A program made the translations under genes and the position numbers. Shown here one piece after another: positions 1 through 11,659 of a DNA stretch of 64,000 nt. The notes beneath the pieces were generated by a model that made no database searches, was not told the DNA's origin, and worked only from the letters and a program-made list of their open reading frames with translations. The DNA is from Eremomyces bilateralis CBS 781.70. Lineage: Eukaryota. Within the stretch, counting starts at the first letter, position 1. The number at the start of each line of letters is the position of its first letter. The stretch lies in NCBI GenBank assembly GCA_010015585.1, contig ML975154.1, one strand, 5' to 3'.

Positions 1-30
1 GGAATCAGCAAGACATCTCAGTCGTGGCTA

Positions 31-57
31 GGATCTCAAGGATCTCAAGGATCTCAA
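31..57. repeat. Tandem repeat (GGATCTCAA)x3
   Basis: Three exact 9-bp copies at 31-39, 40-48 and 49-57. Confidence 0.9.
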
Positions 58-296
58 TTCACTATTAACCGGCCAAGTTTCGTCCCTCGGCAGTCTCCGA
101 ATCTACCCGCGTACGATATCGGTCCGGTACGCCATTGTGGCGTCAAACAGCTGGAACCAGATTGCCGACATCGATTCCATCCAGATCAAATAAATTATCC
201 GAGCTGAGATACGAACGGAATTCCAAGTCATGCACCGATGAGAAAAGTTGGATTTACAAATTTAAAAGAGCAAGGGAGCGTCGGACTCAGCCGAAG

Positions 297-1523
297 ATGG
301 CGGACGGCCAGCCACACCCCAAACCGGACAAGGGGAAAAGCAGAGAGGCAGTCAGTGATGGGAGCAATTCAGGGCCGAGTGAGAGTATGGCTTCGAAGGT
401 GGTGAATTCGGCAGCGGTTTTGGCGAGGGATCTCGTTTTCTCCAACGCCGATTCGGGGTCAACGCTGCAGCAAGCAACATCGGCTGGGAAGACGTCAACA
501 TCGGGGACGAGAGGGACGACATCGACTCACGCATCAGGGCAGACAAATGGACCTTCAACGGAGTATTCAACACAGGCGGGGCCAGCGCAAGCGGCCGAGA
601 GTTTTCGAACACCAATAGCCCAACCCGTGTTACAGAACGAGGAATTCGATCAATTCGCGTCGCTACGAGGAACCAGTCTGCTCCAGGAAACCCGCAGCTC
701 TTCCAGATCCTCATGGTCTCAGGAGTTTCGACAGAGCCGTGCTGTCCTCCCCACCGATTTCCGCGCCGCCCACCAACTCCCCGACGACGGCGCCGAAGTG
801 GCGCTGCTCCTCTCCGATCCCACGTTCCACGCCTACGAAGTGGACGAGGGGTTCTCGCAGCCGGAGGACCCCTCAGAAGCGACGATGAACGACCTGTTCG
901 GCACGGCTTTCAACACCGAGCAGCAGCAGGCCGCGGCCTCGATGCGTGCGCAGCTGCCTCCTGCGCCCGTGCATGGAGTCGTGTTGCCGCACAATCCATT
1001 AAACCTCGTCCCACAGTTCGATAACCTCAATCTGGGAACTTCCTTCGACCCAGATATGCAGCTGTTCGGTCCCCAGCAAAGCAGCATGACCCAAGCCGAA
1101 CCTGCCACTGACGGAGACGAGACAGCCCCCTCGGAACGGCAGCGATTCCTCACCGACTGGAGCGACGTGTTGAACGCTTACACCGACGAAGTTTGGGGCG
1201 ACCTGCTCCCCGTCATCCGCGCCGCCCGCGAGCAACTCGAGGAGTTGACGGGCACGGAATCGACGGACTTCGAGAAGAAAGTGGTACCGCGGTTACGGAT
1301 GATCCTCGGGCATCTGAACCAGACGGAGTTCCTCGACAAGGAGTTTCGATCGCTGGGGCAGGGACAGGAGCGCGAGGGCGCTCAGACGGGCGCGAGTGAA
1401 CAGGTTCGCGGTTCACCGGTGTATAAATCTAGGGAGGTTGTGAAGCAGGAAGATGGGGAGATGGTGGTCGGGAAGGAGGAGGGTCATGGGCAAGACAGGT
1501 ACAATTGGTGGCCCGGAAAATAA
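297..1523 (+). CDS. Hypothetical fungal protein, unknown function
   Basis: Long ORF 135..1523 with first ATG at 297 (MADGQPHPKP). S/T-rich N-terminus, then ordered-looking blocks DGAEVALLLSDP and WSDVLNAYTDEVWGDLLP. Confidence 0.7.
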   Translation: MADGQPHPKPDKGKSREAVSDGSNSGPSESMASKVVNSAAVLARDLVFSNADSGSTLQQATSAGKTSTSGTRGTTSTHASGQTNGPSTEYSTQAGPAQAAESFRTPIAQPVLQNEEFDQFASLRGTSLLQETRSSSRSSWSQEFRQSRAVLPTDFRAAHQLPDDGAEVALLLSDPTFHAYEVDEGFSQPEDPSEATMNDLFGTAFNTEQQQAAASMRAQLPPAPVHGVVLPHNPLNLVPQFDNLNLGTSFDPDMQLFGPQQSSMTQAEPATDGDETAPSERQRFLTDWSDVLNAYTDEVWGDLLPVIRAAREQLEELTGTESTDFEKKVVPRLRMILGHLNQTEFLDKEFRSLGQGQEREGAQTGASEQVRGSPVYKSREVVKQEDGEMVVGKEEGHGQDRYNWWPGK

Positions 1524-1877
1524 TGTCCATACGGATCGGAATGACGGCAACAGGTCGAGCATCTTCGGAAACCGCCCGCACGTTGGATGTGGCGGTGATG
1601 GTCGACTGAGATGGTGTACAATACTAAAAATGAGTGTGATCTCAAAATGTTCAGTTATGACCCCTAGCCCATCGACGCGTCAAATGCGTTTATGTACAGG
1701 TCCGAAGATGCAACAATGGCCGGGAATCTAATATCTAGAACCAAACACGGTATCCAACAGGATGACCTCTATGGTCAACCAAACGAAGGCCAGAATCAAA
1801 GACTATAGTAATAAAGATGCCACCAACGCCAGGCTAACATATGTCCGAGAAACGTAATCAAAGCGCGAGCAACCCCC

Positions 1878-3709
1878 TCACTGATCCTGCTGCCACCCGC
1901 GTATCCGCTCATAAAATATCGCCGGATACGACCGAATATCCTCATCCGTCGGCGGTGCCTTATTCGGATCCCGAAACCGATCCGCCACGCGCTGGATCAT
2001 CTGCGCCAGCAGGTCCTGCGAGATGCGCAGATCCGCCGCGTTCTCCGGGTGCAGGAACGGGTCCGCCTCGTCGAGCAACTCGAGCACTGTCGGCCGCTCG
2101 CTGGGGTTGCGATTGAGGCATTTCTTGAGGACGCGGCGCAGCTCGGGGGGGACGCGGACGCCGCCGATGCCCACGTCACGGTAGTCGATGGTTATGGCGG
2201 GGTTGATGATGGCCAGGACGCGATTGATGGGGTTGGGGATGTGGGCGAAGGGTGGGCGGCCGTAGGTGAGCTGGTAGAGGATGCAGCCGAGGCTCCAGAC
2301 GTCGCTGGGCTTGCCGAGTTTCATGAGCTTGCCCATTCGGGCGGCGTCGTCTTTTAGACCGGCGTTGCTGTCCTGGAGGGATTCGGGGGACATGTAGTTA
2401 GGGGTGCCGACGTGGTTGTCGCGGTGCACATTCACGGTGTTCTCGATGTCAATGGCGTTGGCGATGCCGAAGTCAATGAGTTTCAGCTGGCCGTAGACGA
2501 GGAGAAAGTTGGCGGGCTTGAGATCGGAGTGGACGATGTCGTGGGCGTGCACGGAGGCGACGCATTCGAGCATTTCGTTCCAGTAGAAGCGGGTGAAGGG
2601 GATGTCGAGCTTGACTTCAGGACTGTTGTCGAGTTTCTCGGATCGAGGGGGGTCGAATTTAGTGCGGAGGATCTTGGAAAGGTCCATATCTCCGGGTTCC
2701 ATCAACTTCGGAGAGTCAGTACATGTACTTTGGATCAATAAGGAAATCGAGAGCGTTAACTCACCACGTAGAGCAACTGTCTATCCTCATCCACTTGCCA
2801 ATCATATAACCTCACCACCCTATCCACGCCGGCCAACTTCCTCAACAACTCAATCTCTCCCTTATAACCCACAATCGCACTCTCATCCGCCTCCTCCAAC
2901 TTCACCCTTTTCAACGCAAACTGCTTCCCACTTTCCGCCTGCACTCGATACACATCCGAGCTACCCCCTCTCCCCAGCTTCCCTAGCTGACTATACGCCT
3001 TGCCATTCACCGTGAAGTGTCCCTTCTTCTTCTTCGATTTCGTCGCTGCCGGCGCCGCCGCCGCGCTCTCGATTACCGACATCTTCGGCTGCGGGGGTGG
3101 CGGCGCTGGACGACGCGGTGTGTTCGCGCTGACGGCCGCGAGAGGCGCTGGACGCTCGTCACGGTGGATGGGGATCCGTCGGTGGCTTTCCACGCCGATA
3201 TGGCCCTCCTTACCCGCCGATTTCACGACCGACGACGTGATCAGATTTTCCTGATCCTGCACAGTGGTCTGGATCGGGTCGTCTTCGCTCTGGGGTGTCC
3301 GTTTGTTTCTGCGCATCGGCGCGCCCTGCATCCCGACGCGCTTGACCCGTAGACTCGGGGCCGGCGTGATGCTGTCCGTCTTCGCGGGCGTGTTTGTCGC
3401 ACTTCCATCGCGGCTGATTCGCAGAACGGTGGGTTTCGAGGCTCGTTTGTGCGGCGACTCGCCGAACTGCCTCTCCAAAAGAGCGCGTGTAATAGGGTTC
3501 AGTTCGATAGGTGGAGCGGGAGCATCGTCGTCGGAACTGTCGCCCGCGCTGATGTTTTGGACGGCCGGCGCCTTCGATGGGAACCCTTGGGTTTGTCCGA
3601 GGGAGAGTGGAGAGTCGCGGCGGGGAAAGTGCCGCATTGACATGGAAGGTTGGCGCGAGAGTCGTCCATTCGCGTAGGAGGGGAGGGGTGTTGGTGATGC
3701 TGCGTCCAT
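1878..3709 (-). CDS. MPS1: Mps1/TTK-family spindle checkpoint protein kinase, 2 exons (intron 2764-2706)
   Basis: Kinase motifs LGRGGSSDVYRV, FALKRV, IVHSDLKPANFL, LKLIDFGIANAI, VGTPNYMSPE and KPSDVWSLGCILYQ; HSDLKPANF and DFGIANAI are typical of Mps1. Intron GTGAGT...CTGAC...AAG joins ORFs 2756..3709 and 1878..2738. Confidence 0.9.
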
Positions 3710-4296
3710 GACTACTTATGTTCGGTGCCAATTGGTATAGAAGAAGCCAATTATCGCTTCGGTCTGAAGATATCCAAGAATCCAGAGCAGATGTGTAAGG
3801 ATCGTTCCTCTATCAAGTACCGGGATAGACGTGTGGTATCGATGCAGTCGGGCAGTGATCCAAAATGGGGTATCCAAAGTCCAGAAACGGCGGTTGCTAT
3901 AAGATCTTCATGATTCGTCGCGCAAATTAATCGAATCTTTCGAATTGATAGGCGAAATGTGCAAGGTAAGGAAGTTGATGAAGGGTGGTGAAGATGGGGA
4001 AGTTCACGATGGTGGTGTAGGTGGAGGTGGTTGCACCAGCAACCAAAACAAACACACGCCAAGCTTTGGCTCACTAGCGCTTGGACTTCCACTGTTCTTA
4101 CTGTTCCTTATTGTGCTATTGGTCGTTCTTAATGTAACTAGTTAGTTATTATTTCTCGCTGTATTAATGTTGAGATTGGATTGGATTGTACCGTTCCCGC
4201 TGGCCTTCGATGGTAAAATATACCTGCCCTAAATACAACTAGCCGTCCCACCGATATCCGTCCTTCTCGTGACCATATATCTCCGCCATCAATCCA

Positions 4297-5857
4297 TCAT
4301 GCTTGCGACAGCGGTCGACTGAAATTGTGCGCCGTCTTCTCTATCATCTCAGACGTGACCTCCACCTTAACCTCCTTCTGAATGACCCCCGGCCTTGTCT
4401 CCGGAATCTCACGAGGATGCTCGTACACCACTCTACTTTCCCGCAACGCCTCCTCAAACGTAATCGTATCCGTCCTCGTCGCCGAACCCACCATATCGCT
4501 CCCACTTTTCCGGCTCTCCATGCTCCCCTCCACAAATCCCGGACTATCGGGCCCCGGTGGATGGGACTTGCTGCCAGGCCGGAAGCAGTTGATCCCTCCG
4601 GGCTGGGATTTGGAGGTTTGCTGGTGGTACGGAAGGCTTGCGCTCTGGGAGCGGTGGGATCGCAGGATTGGCATCCATTCGCGTAATAGAGGCCAGATGA
4701 CTGGGAGGTTGGCGACGTACACGGCGACAGATGCCTCGCGAGAGTACCACAGCATGTAGGCGGGGCTCCAGATGTTGCTGAAATTGAAGACCTTGGTCAA
4801 GATCGCCGCTGTGATCTGTCTCCTGGTGAGCGCCGCTCGAAACATATAGTCTCCTCACTCACCACGAAAATGCCCAGGCTGAAGATAAACCCAAGCACGA
4901 TCTTCTTCTTCCACGGCATATGAAGCTTTACCACCATTTGGGCCGGTATGAACAACATGAGTAGGTCGCTAGAGATGTTGAAACACGCCTGGACGATCGA
5001 AAAGTTCTGCAGCGTTGCACAATGAGGACTACTCTTCATCGTTAGCCAGATTCGCGGCAATGTTTAAGGAAATCCTACTTTGGCGGCGGCACCATCCAGT
5101 AGCCCTTGAACGGACGGCAAATGGAGAAGAACGCGATTTGGCTCGCTATCCATCCGAGGAAGACAAAGATCGATACATACAGCAGCTGCTTGCGCTGCTC
5201 GGTGCCAATGAGCCTCGAGTACATGAACAGCATGCAAGCTTTCAGGGTGTATATGAGGTTCAACATCGCCTATACTAAGCATCAGTAAGGAAATATGATA
5301 GGATAACGACCTATGAACTCGTACCTGCTCAGACAGCACCACGATCTTCGAGCTGTGGATCCGATCTCGAATCTCACTCTCCGTGAAGAATGGAAGTTCT
5401 TCTGCCGGGAACAGATTACTCCCTCCGCCGGCAGCGATCAAGTTCAGCGTCACGACCAGGACGATAAACCACGCCTACAGAACCTTCGCTGTCAACTTCT
5501 GGCGCCCTAGAATAACTGCTGCAAACCTCTGGATCAACTTACCGCGGCCAGCAGCATCAGGTAGTCATCCCCTTTCAGACTACGCAGTCCGACCCGCGAT
5601 ACACGCGCATACCTAACCATTCGCAAGTCAATAACCACAACCCCATATCCCGACCAGCAGGCGCGAGATGACGAGGTAATAACCTACACTCGAAGCCAGA
5701 TGAGAAGCATCCCGATCGCGAACATCGTCCAAGAATTAATCGCCAGATCCCTCTGGAAGCCCGCGTCCCACTCCGACGCGCTCGAGTGATTCCGGTGCGC
5801 CTCATGCGTCACTACGAGCGTCGCATTCTGCGATGCTGCGGGGATGGGGTTCGCCAT
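4297..5857 (-). CDS. PTH11-like (fungal rhodopsin-domain) integral membrane protein, multi-exon
   Basis: Exon fragments: SWTMFAIGMLLIWLR, SKIVVLSEQ, IYTLKACMLFMYSRL, CRPFKGYWMVPPP, FNISSDLLMLFIP, KKKIVLGFIFSLGIFV, WYSREASVAVYVANLPVIWPL. These are hallmarks of PTH11-type 7TM proteins. ATG inferred at 5857 (MANPIPAASQNATL). Confidence 0.8.
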
Positions 5858-6885
5858 CCTCGTCGGTCATTCGGGGTGGCGATGCGCATATGTGGGAGAG
5901 GTGGTTGGGTCCACTGCCCGTTGGGGTCGGGGAGAAGTTATGAGGAATACTGAAATGATATATTGATAAATGATAGCAGATGGATAGAGAGAAGAACTCA
6001 TTGGATAGGGTATGAAGAGGGCGTGGGAACGGAAGATGGGCCTGACAATCCATTCTTCACAGAATAAGACTCAAACGAGTGCAGTGAACCACGTGCAGCA
6101 CTGGACGCTTCGACTTCCGCAGAATCGACTCACATCGTGGGTGCGATGCACGTGTGATGACAGCCATATCAGAAGACGTGACCCGTTTGTATCGCTCTGT
6201 GGAGTGGAAAGGGGATGACGAAAGGGGAAACCTGGGGTACCCGATGTGACAGCGGGATTGTGTCTCCTTCGGCTTCATCTCACGGGATGAATAGGCGATG
6301 AACTACACCGCTCTGTGTAACTGGAATCAGGCACCGTACTCATGAAAGCCGTCTTTTTGAAACGCTTGTTGACAGTGAATTGGTAATAGACCTATTGTAA
6401 CGTCGGTGAAGCACTAGACTCATTGCAACCCACCGATCAGTTCTGCAAAATGGATAATACAGTCTTGGTATATGCATGCGCGACATCGATCCACAAGAAC
6501 AACAGCAACCAAAATGGACCTTCTTTCTCGCTGGTAGCAAACATTGCTACGATCAATCGAACCCCCAAGAACGCTCAGAACATGAAACGGACAGGATATC
6601 TATGGTGACAGGTGATGGGCGAACCCGAGAGCACGAGCGCGTCGTGGCGGATGCGCCGAACGGGACGCGCCCAATTACAAGGAAATAAAAAAAGGTACCC
6701 GGGAACGGTACGACGCGGTGATGCGCTTTCCGCGGTGCGCGAACCGAACGGGCCGTTGTGCGTGCACATCGACACCGGGAAGCCAAACCACGAAAAACGT
6801 CCGCTGAATGCACTAGGAACCGCGCGCGCGTCAAGGTGACCAGCGCAAATTGGCGTTCATGATAGCGATATGCGACGACGAGAGT

Positions 6886-8823
6886 TCACCACGCCCAACT
6901 CCCCCGCCTTACCCCCACCCCAAACCCCCCATCCCTCACCTGCACCGGCTCGCAGCTCCCCGGATTCTGCCTCGCCCACTCCCGCACATACAACCTTAGC
7001 GCGCGCCACCGAATACACGCCTCCCTCGTGATCGGCACGCCATCGGCGCAGAAGTCCTCGCCGAGGCGGAAGTACCCCTTCGATGAGGCGAGATGGTCGT
7101 CCTGGCGCAGCTCGGCGATGGGGATGTGGGTGATCTTGCTGAGCTCAGGGTCGAAGGCGCGGGCGACGGCCGGGTAGCCGAGGGAGAGGTAGTTGTAGAC
7201 TTGGGTGACGAACTCGGGGTGGAATTCGGCGTCGATGAGTGCAGCGCGGGAGAGTTTTTCGTCGAGGCTGGTAGGGCCGGGATAGGAGGAGGGGGGGGAG
7301 GGGGGGAGTTGGTGGTGGTTTGAGAGCGGGTGGTCGGCGTGTATGAGCTCGTCTTCGTCGATGACTTTCGGAGTGATCATGCCGGTGGGTCCGCGAGGGA
7401 CGGTGAGTGCGTCTTTGCTAGTACAGGAGCCGCCCCACAGGCCAGAGGTAGAAGGGCTTTTGGGGTTGTTCGACGGGGATTTCCGCCCGGTCCATATAGA
7501 GGATGATTCACGGCTACTGGAGATGAGGTTCGCCTCGGATTTATTGCGCCAAAGACCTTCGCGGTCGGGCTCTTTGGCTTGCTCTGACAGGTAGCACATC
7601 GACTGGCGGATGACATAGGAGCTTTGGGTCACGTCGAAGCGAGCTTGGTTGGGAGAAGGGCAGCGGGGGAAGACGATGTCTCCGCCGAGCATGGGCGGCC
7701 GTGCCTTGTTGCGCATTTGCTCCAGATCCGTATCGCGCTGCATGCCGCCGTCAGAGAGACCGGACATAGGGTGTCGCCAAGAATCGTTGTTCGAGGAGTC
7801 ACCACTCGCTTTCTGTCGTCGTTCCGCATGTCGCTTGCGATCTCGCCAGGACGAACGCTTCCGAAACCCGCGGATTTGCCAGTTCGCTTCCGATGATTCT
7901 CTCCGATATTTGTAACGTTTCGTTGAGTCGTGAGTCGGGTGCCGGCTGGGATACGCCGTGTCAAGGTCTCTGTTGATGAAGTGTGCTACGGGTTCGTGGC
8001 GATCATCATTGGGGAATGCGGCCATGGCCTGTTCCCGTAGCTGTCGTTCGGCGGTCTTCGCTGCTACGCGGAGGAAATAGGCAGATGTGGTTTCGTCGGC
8101 GCTCTCTCGTATCCGCGTTGCATGCTTGTATGAGTTTCGTGAGGAGGCGGGCGTTGGGGGTGTGTTGGATAGCGAGCCGCGTCGTGAGATGGACTCTTCG
8201 GACTCTGAGGATTCTATCGTGTCGAGATGAGGAACTTGGTAGGAATGTGATCGAGCGCTTCCAACGGAACTTTGGCGAGACCGAGACAAAAGTGGTGATC
8301 CTATTCGTCGTGCTTCCTGTAGCTCGGCTTGTGATATTCCCAAAGGGCTAGGAGTGCGGGATGCAAGCTCTGAACGGCGTAGAACAAGATGGCTGAAACA
8401 GTCTCGATCTGTGTCGTCTATGTCTCCTGAGACATGTCTGGATGGAGAGGTTTTGCCGACACGACGTGACCGTACAGCTGTCTCAAGCAGTTGCGGTGCG
8501 AAGTTCCTTCTGGGACGTGGATTGGCTATGCTTCCGGCCTCTGTTTGCTGATTCGTCGTAGTGCTTGACTCTGAGCCTTCCTTTAGATCGGTCTTTGTCT
8601 CCACATCTGTGTCACGGTCCTTTGCAGCTCTGCGGTGGACAACAGTCGTCTCGATGGGTACAGGAGCGTACCGTCTTGGTATCTTCACCACAGCGGGCTC
8701 AGCAGAATCCTGCTTGCCTTCCTGCGTCTCGCCCGTCTCGTTCTCTCGTTCCCCTTTGCGTGTCGACCTCGTCGTTTCTATGGGCTCGACTTTGAAGCGT
8801 CGAGGGGGGGCCGTGGACGCCAT
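6886..8823 (-). CDS. Conserved-type hypothetical Pezizomycotina protein (disordered, with a C-terminal folded domain)
   Basis: 655-aa ORF, ATG at 8823 (MASTAPP). C-terminal block FVTQVYNYLSLGYPAVARAFDPELSKIT...RWRALRLYVREWARQNP...RRGSWAW. Confidence 0.8.
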   Translation of the reverse strand: MASTAPPRRFKVEPIETTRSTRKGERENETGETQEGKQDSAEPAVVKIPRRYAPVPIETTVVHRRAAKDRDTDVETKTDLKEGSESSTTTNQQTEAGSIANPRPRRNFAPQLLETAVRSRRVGKTSPSRHVSGDIDDTDRDCFSHLVLRRSELASRTPSPLGISQAELQEARRIGSPLLSRSRQSSVGSARSHSYQVPHLDTIESSESEESISRRGSLSNTPPTPASSRNSYKHATRIRESADETTSAYFLRVAAKTAERQLREQAMAAFPNDDRHEPVAHFINRDLDTAYPSRHPTHDSTKRYKYRRESSEANWQIRGFRKRSSWRDRKRHAERRQKASGDSSNNDSWRHPMSGLSDGGMQRDTDLEQMRNKARPPMLGGDIVFPRCPSPNQARFDVTQSSYVIRQSMCYLSEQAKEPDREGLWRNKSEANLISSSRESSSIWTGRKSPSNNPKSPSTSGLWGGSCTSKDALTVPRGPTGMITPKVIDEDELIHADHPLSNHHQLPPSPPSSYPGPTSLDEKLSRAALIDAEFHPEFVTQVYNYLSLGYPAVARAFDPELSKITHIPIAELRQDDHLASSKGYFRLGEDFCADGVPITREACIRWRALRLYVREWARQNPGSCEPVQVRDGGFGVGVRRGSWAW

Positions 8824-10840
8824 CGTTTTATACGAGCCTGATGGCCAGTCCACCAGCAGCAGTTGCTCATGCGCCGACCCCAGGCTGGAGATTCATGCAA
8901 CCCCCGCGATTTCGTCAGCCCATACGCCACACGGATGGTCCCGATATTAAGCACGAAATCTGTCGTACGGTTGCTCTTCGCATGCAACGATGCTCTGGGG
9001 CATACATCCAAGGCAGGGGTGGACGCCCAGTACGGGAGATATCGGAGGCAAGGGTCGAGGTAACTCTGGTGCAGATGTATCGGTCGCAATATCGAATGGG
9101 CGATTAGGGAACGGAGCGTGAGGATGAATTGGGATAACGTGTCGAGGATGGTACGGCGGCCCGCATACAGGGCTCGCGGGTATATCCAACTGAAGTTCGC
9201 AGGTTAGATCGAGTAGGTAGGGCATACTAATAGTGACGACAGAGGATCACATGTGGAGTCTCCGCAGTAGGGTGGAGAAGAACAACGCATTTCCACCACC
9301 TAGCCTTGGGACCGGACATGTTCTAGGGTGTTTGAAGGCTGACAATGCGCGGGATAGCATTGGTGGTGCAAACTCGAAATAATGCTCTCACCTGCAGCGA
9401 TGTTTAATGCTGAGTATTCGGGTTCGGTCATCCTCAACCCGGGTCTTTTTCGAGCAACGTCAGGATCTGTGGCTCCTTCGTATGGGCTCATTGCAGGTGT
9501 CCGATGCGATATTCGAAAAGGAGGTCCGAGGCTTTTAGATGCTATTAAGGGTGCTATTAATGTCGGGGTCAGAGATGATATTAATGCAACCGTCCATGTA
9601 TTGGATCACATACCTACTCAGATTCCGGACTTCTCCAGCCGATCTACTCTCCTTGAGAAGTAACCAGTGATTTGGTCAGATTCCGGTGGTGAACGGGACC
9701 AATAGATAGCTGATAGCTACCTTGCCACCAATGGAGCGTCTCCCAGACTCCCACCGTTCGTCCAAGTGGGAAACGACAATGAAAGCAATGAATAGCACGG
9801 TGAACCAACTCAAGGGAAATACTGGAGAGATGGAGGTGGATGACTTCTGAGTTCTGTTGAGAGACTTGAGAGGTCCATGTTTCCCAATGGTGGTCTCAGC
9901 ACTTAGAGTGAGCAGAGTAGTTGTTCCCGTCCTGTTCCCCTTACTGGCCCCACAACGTGGCAGCCACCAGTCGTTGGCGAGAGGCTGATCTCTCAACCAT
10001 CTCGATTCTCCAATTCTTCCTGGTTCAATTGTGTTCCAGCCTTAAGATGAATACTGTATTATTCATGCTGACTTTTCAATCCTAGTGTTCTAGACTCGCA
10101 AGGTATTGCGTCCTTCGGCCAAGGAACATGTGGATCGTCAAACTTCAGCCTTACGCATTCAGATCTAGTCTCAAGGTGCCTTGTTTTGGCACTTCGGATA
10201 CACCGACGCTCTCCACAGCGCATCCCCCCCCCCCATCCCCCCCATTTGTGGCAAAGGGACCGTTTTTTAAATGGATGCTCATATATCCGTATACCAAGCC
10301 AGTATAAGTCATATCCTCAGTGTATTTTCTTCAAGTCAAAGTCCAGATCTGGTCTGGGTCCAGTCGTATTTTACGAAAGAGCCCGAGACGATATCACCAC
10401 AGAACACGATGCTTTGACGGATATAAAAACAAGAAGATATTGTAGAGGGTCCCGTAGACTATCAGGGACCATATATGGCTAAAAGTTGTTAAAGAGAAGA
10501 ATAGCAAGTCACTGGCCCCGGTGTTCGGTTCAAAAACTATGGAAATATACGCCATGACTCCCTAGAATCCCCGTGTCCATCCCATGGGTATCGCGTTACA
10601 TAAGACATCCGGAAAATCCTGCGAGACAATGGAAAATCAGCAAATCCAATCGAGCTATGCATGCTCTCGCAGCCAAGCGACGGGTCCATATCCCGTCGCG
10701 CTCCACTCGCCAGAGCTGGTAGTATGAAATCCTTCCGAACGCCATCTCGGTCGTAAAGCCGAAAGCTGGAATCCGCCCATATCCCCAACCAGGACAACGA
10801 AACTCCAGCATGCCGCTCGCACATCTCAATCATCTACCGT

Positions 10841-11659
10841 CTAGCCATACCGTAACTCGCTCCAGATCCCCTGATCCGCCAGCGGACACAACGCCAACCG
10901 AGAACAAGGAACCAAAACCAGCGGCTCCTTCGTAAAAAAATACCCCGTCTCCCGCACCCGATGCCAGCCGTCACAATGCAGATTATGCAGCCCCACACCC
11001 CGCAGATCGTCCTCCATGTCGCACGGCGGCAACACCGCCGAGCACGTAGTGCTGCTATGGTGCGCAGCGGACGCGTATCCCCGCCCGCTCGATGCGGCGC
11101 TCGCCCCCGATGTCCCGTATGCGGGGGTGTTGGGTCGTGCGAAACCGCCGCGATGGTCGATCGGGTAGACGACGGGGCCGGAGGGGACGGGTGACTGGTG
11201 GAGATGTGGTGGATGGCGGGCGTGGATCTGCTGGGTGACTTGCTGGAGGGCCTCGATGGGGTTGGGGGTGCTTTCGGAGGTGGGGTTCCATTCGGCGTTG
11301 CCAGGGAGGGAGGAGAGGGTGAGGGAGGAAGGGGAGGAGTGGGAGTAGTGGTAGGGGAGGTCGAGGTGGGCACCGACTGCGTGGATGACGGTGTGAGCGA
11401 GATCGTAGCCGGCTTCCTCGTTGGCGTGGGGACGCTCGGTATGGCTAGAGGGGATTGCAGGACTATTGAATGCGTCTCGAGACGATAAATAGGTACAAGA
11501 GTGATCGTATTGCTCCATGGTCAGACCGGCGCCTGCTTCTGAGCTCTCGACCGTGTTGTTGAGTTGTGGAGATCGATTCGCCGATCGTGGCGGCTCCTGG
11601 GGAGCCCCGTACTCTTTCCCCATATGCTTCTCATAAGAGGCGTGCGGATTCGGCGACAT
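10841..11659 (-). CDS. Orphan hypothetical protein
   Basis: 272-aa ATG-initiated ORF in an otherwise long intergenic region, with a Cys/His-containing C-terminus. No recognised domain. Confidence 0.4.
   Translation of the reverse strand: MSPNPHASYEKHMGKEYGAPQEPPRSANRSPQLNNTVESSEAGAGLTMEQYDHSCTYLSSRDAFNSPAIPSSHTERPHANEEAGYDLAHTVIHAVGAHLDLPYHYSHSSPSSLTLSSLPGNAEWNPTSESTPNPIEALQQVTQQIHARHPPHLHQSPVPSGPVVYPIDHRGGFARPNTPAYGTSGASAASSGRGYASAAHHSSTTCSAVLPPCDMEDDLRGVGLHNLHCDGWHRVRETGYFFTKEPLVLVPCSRLALCPLADQGIWSELRYG

Noticed and set aside
297..1523. Possible Pex20/Pex5-like peroxin (WSQEF resembles WxxxF)
   Set aside because: A single short motif, with no N-terminal conserved Cys and no TPR domain.
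6560..6850. CG-rich stretch with several CGCG motifs
   Set aside because: Lies in the presumed 3' UTR of the 6886 gene; no stable long hairpin or known ncRNA motif could be established by eye.
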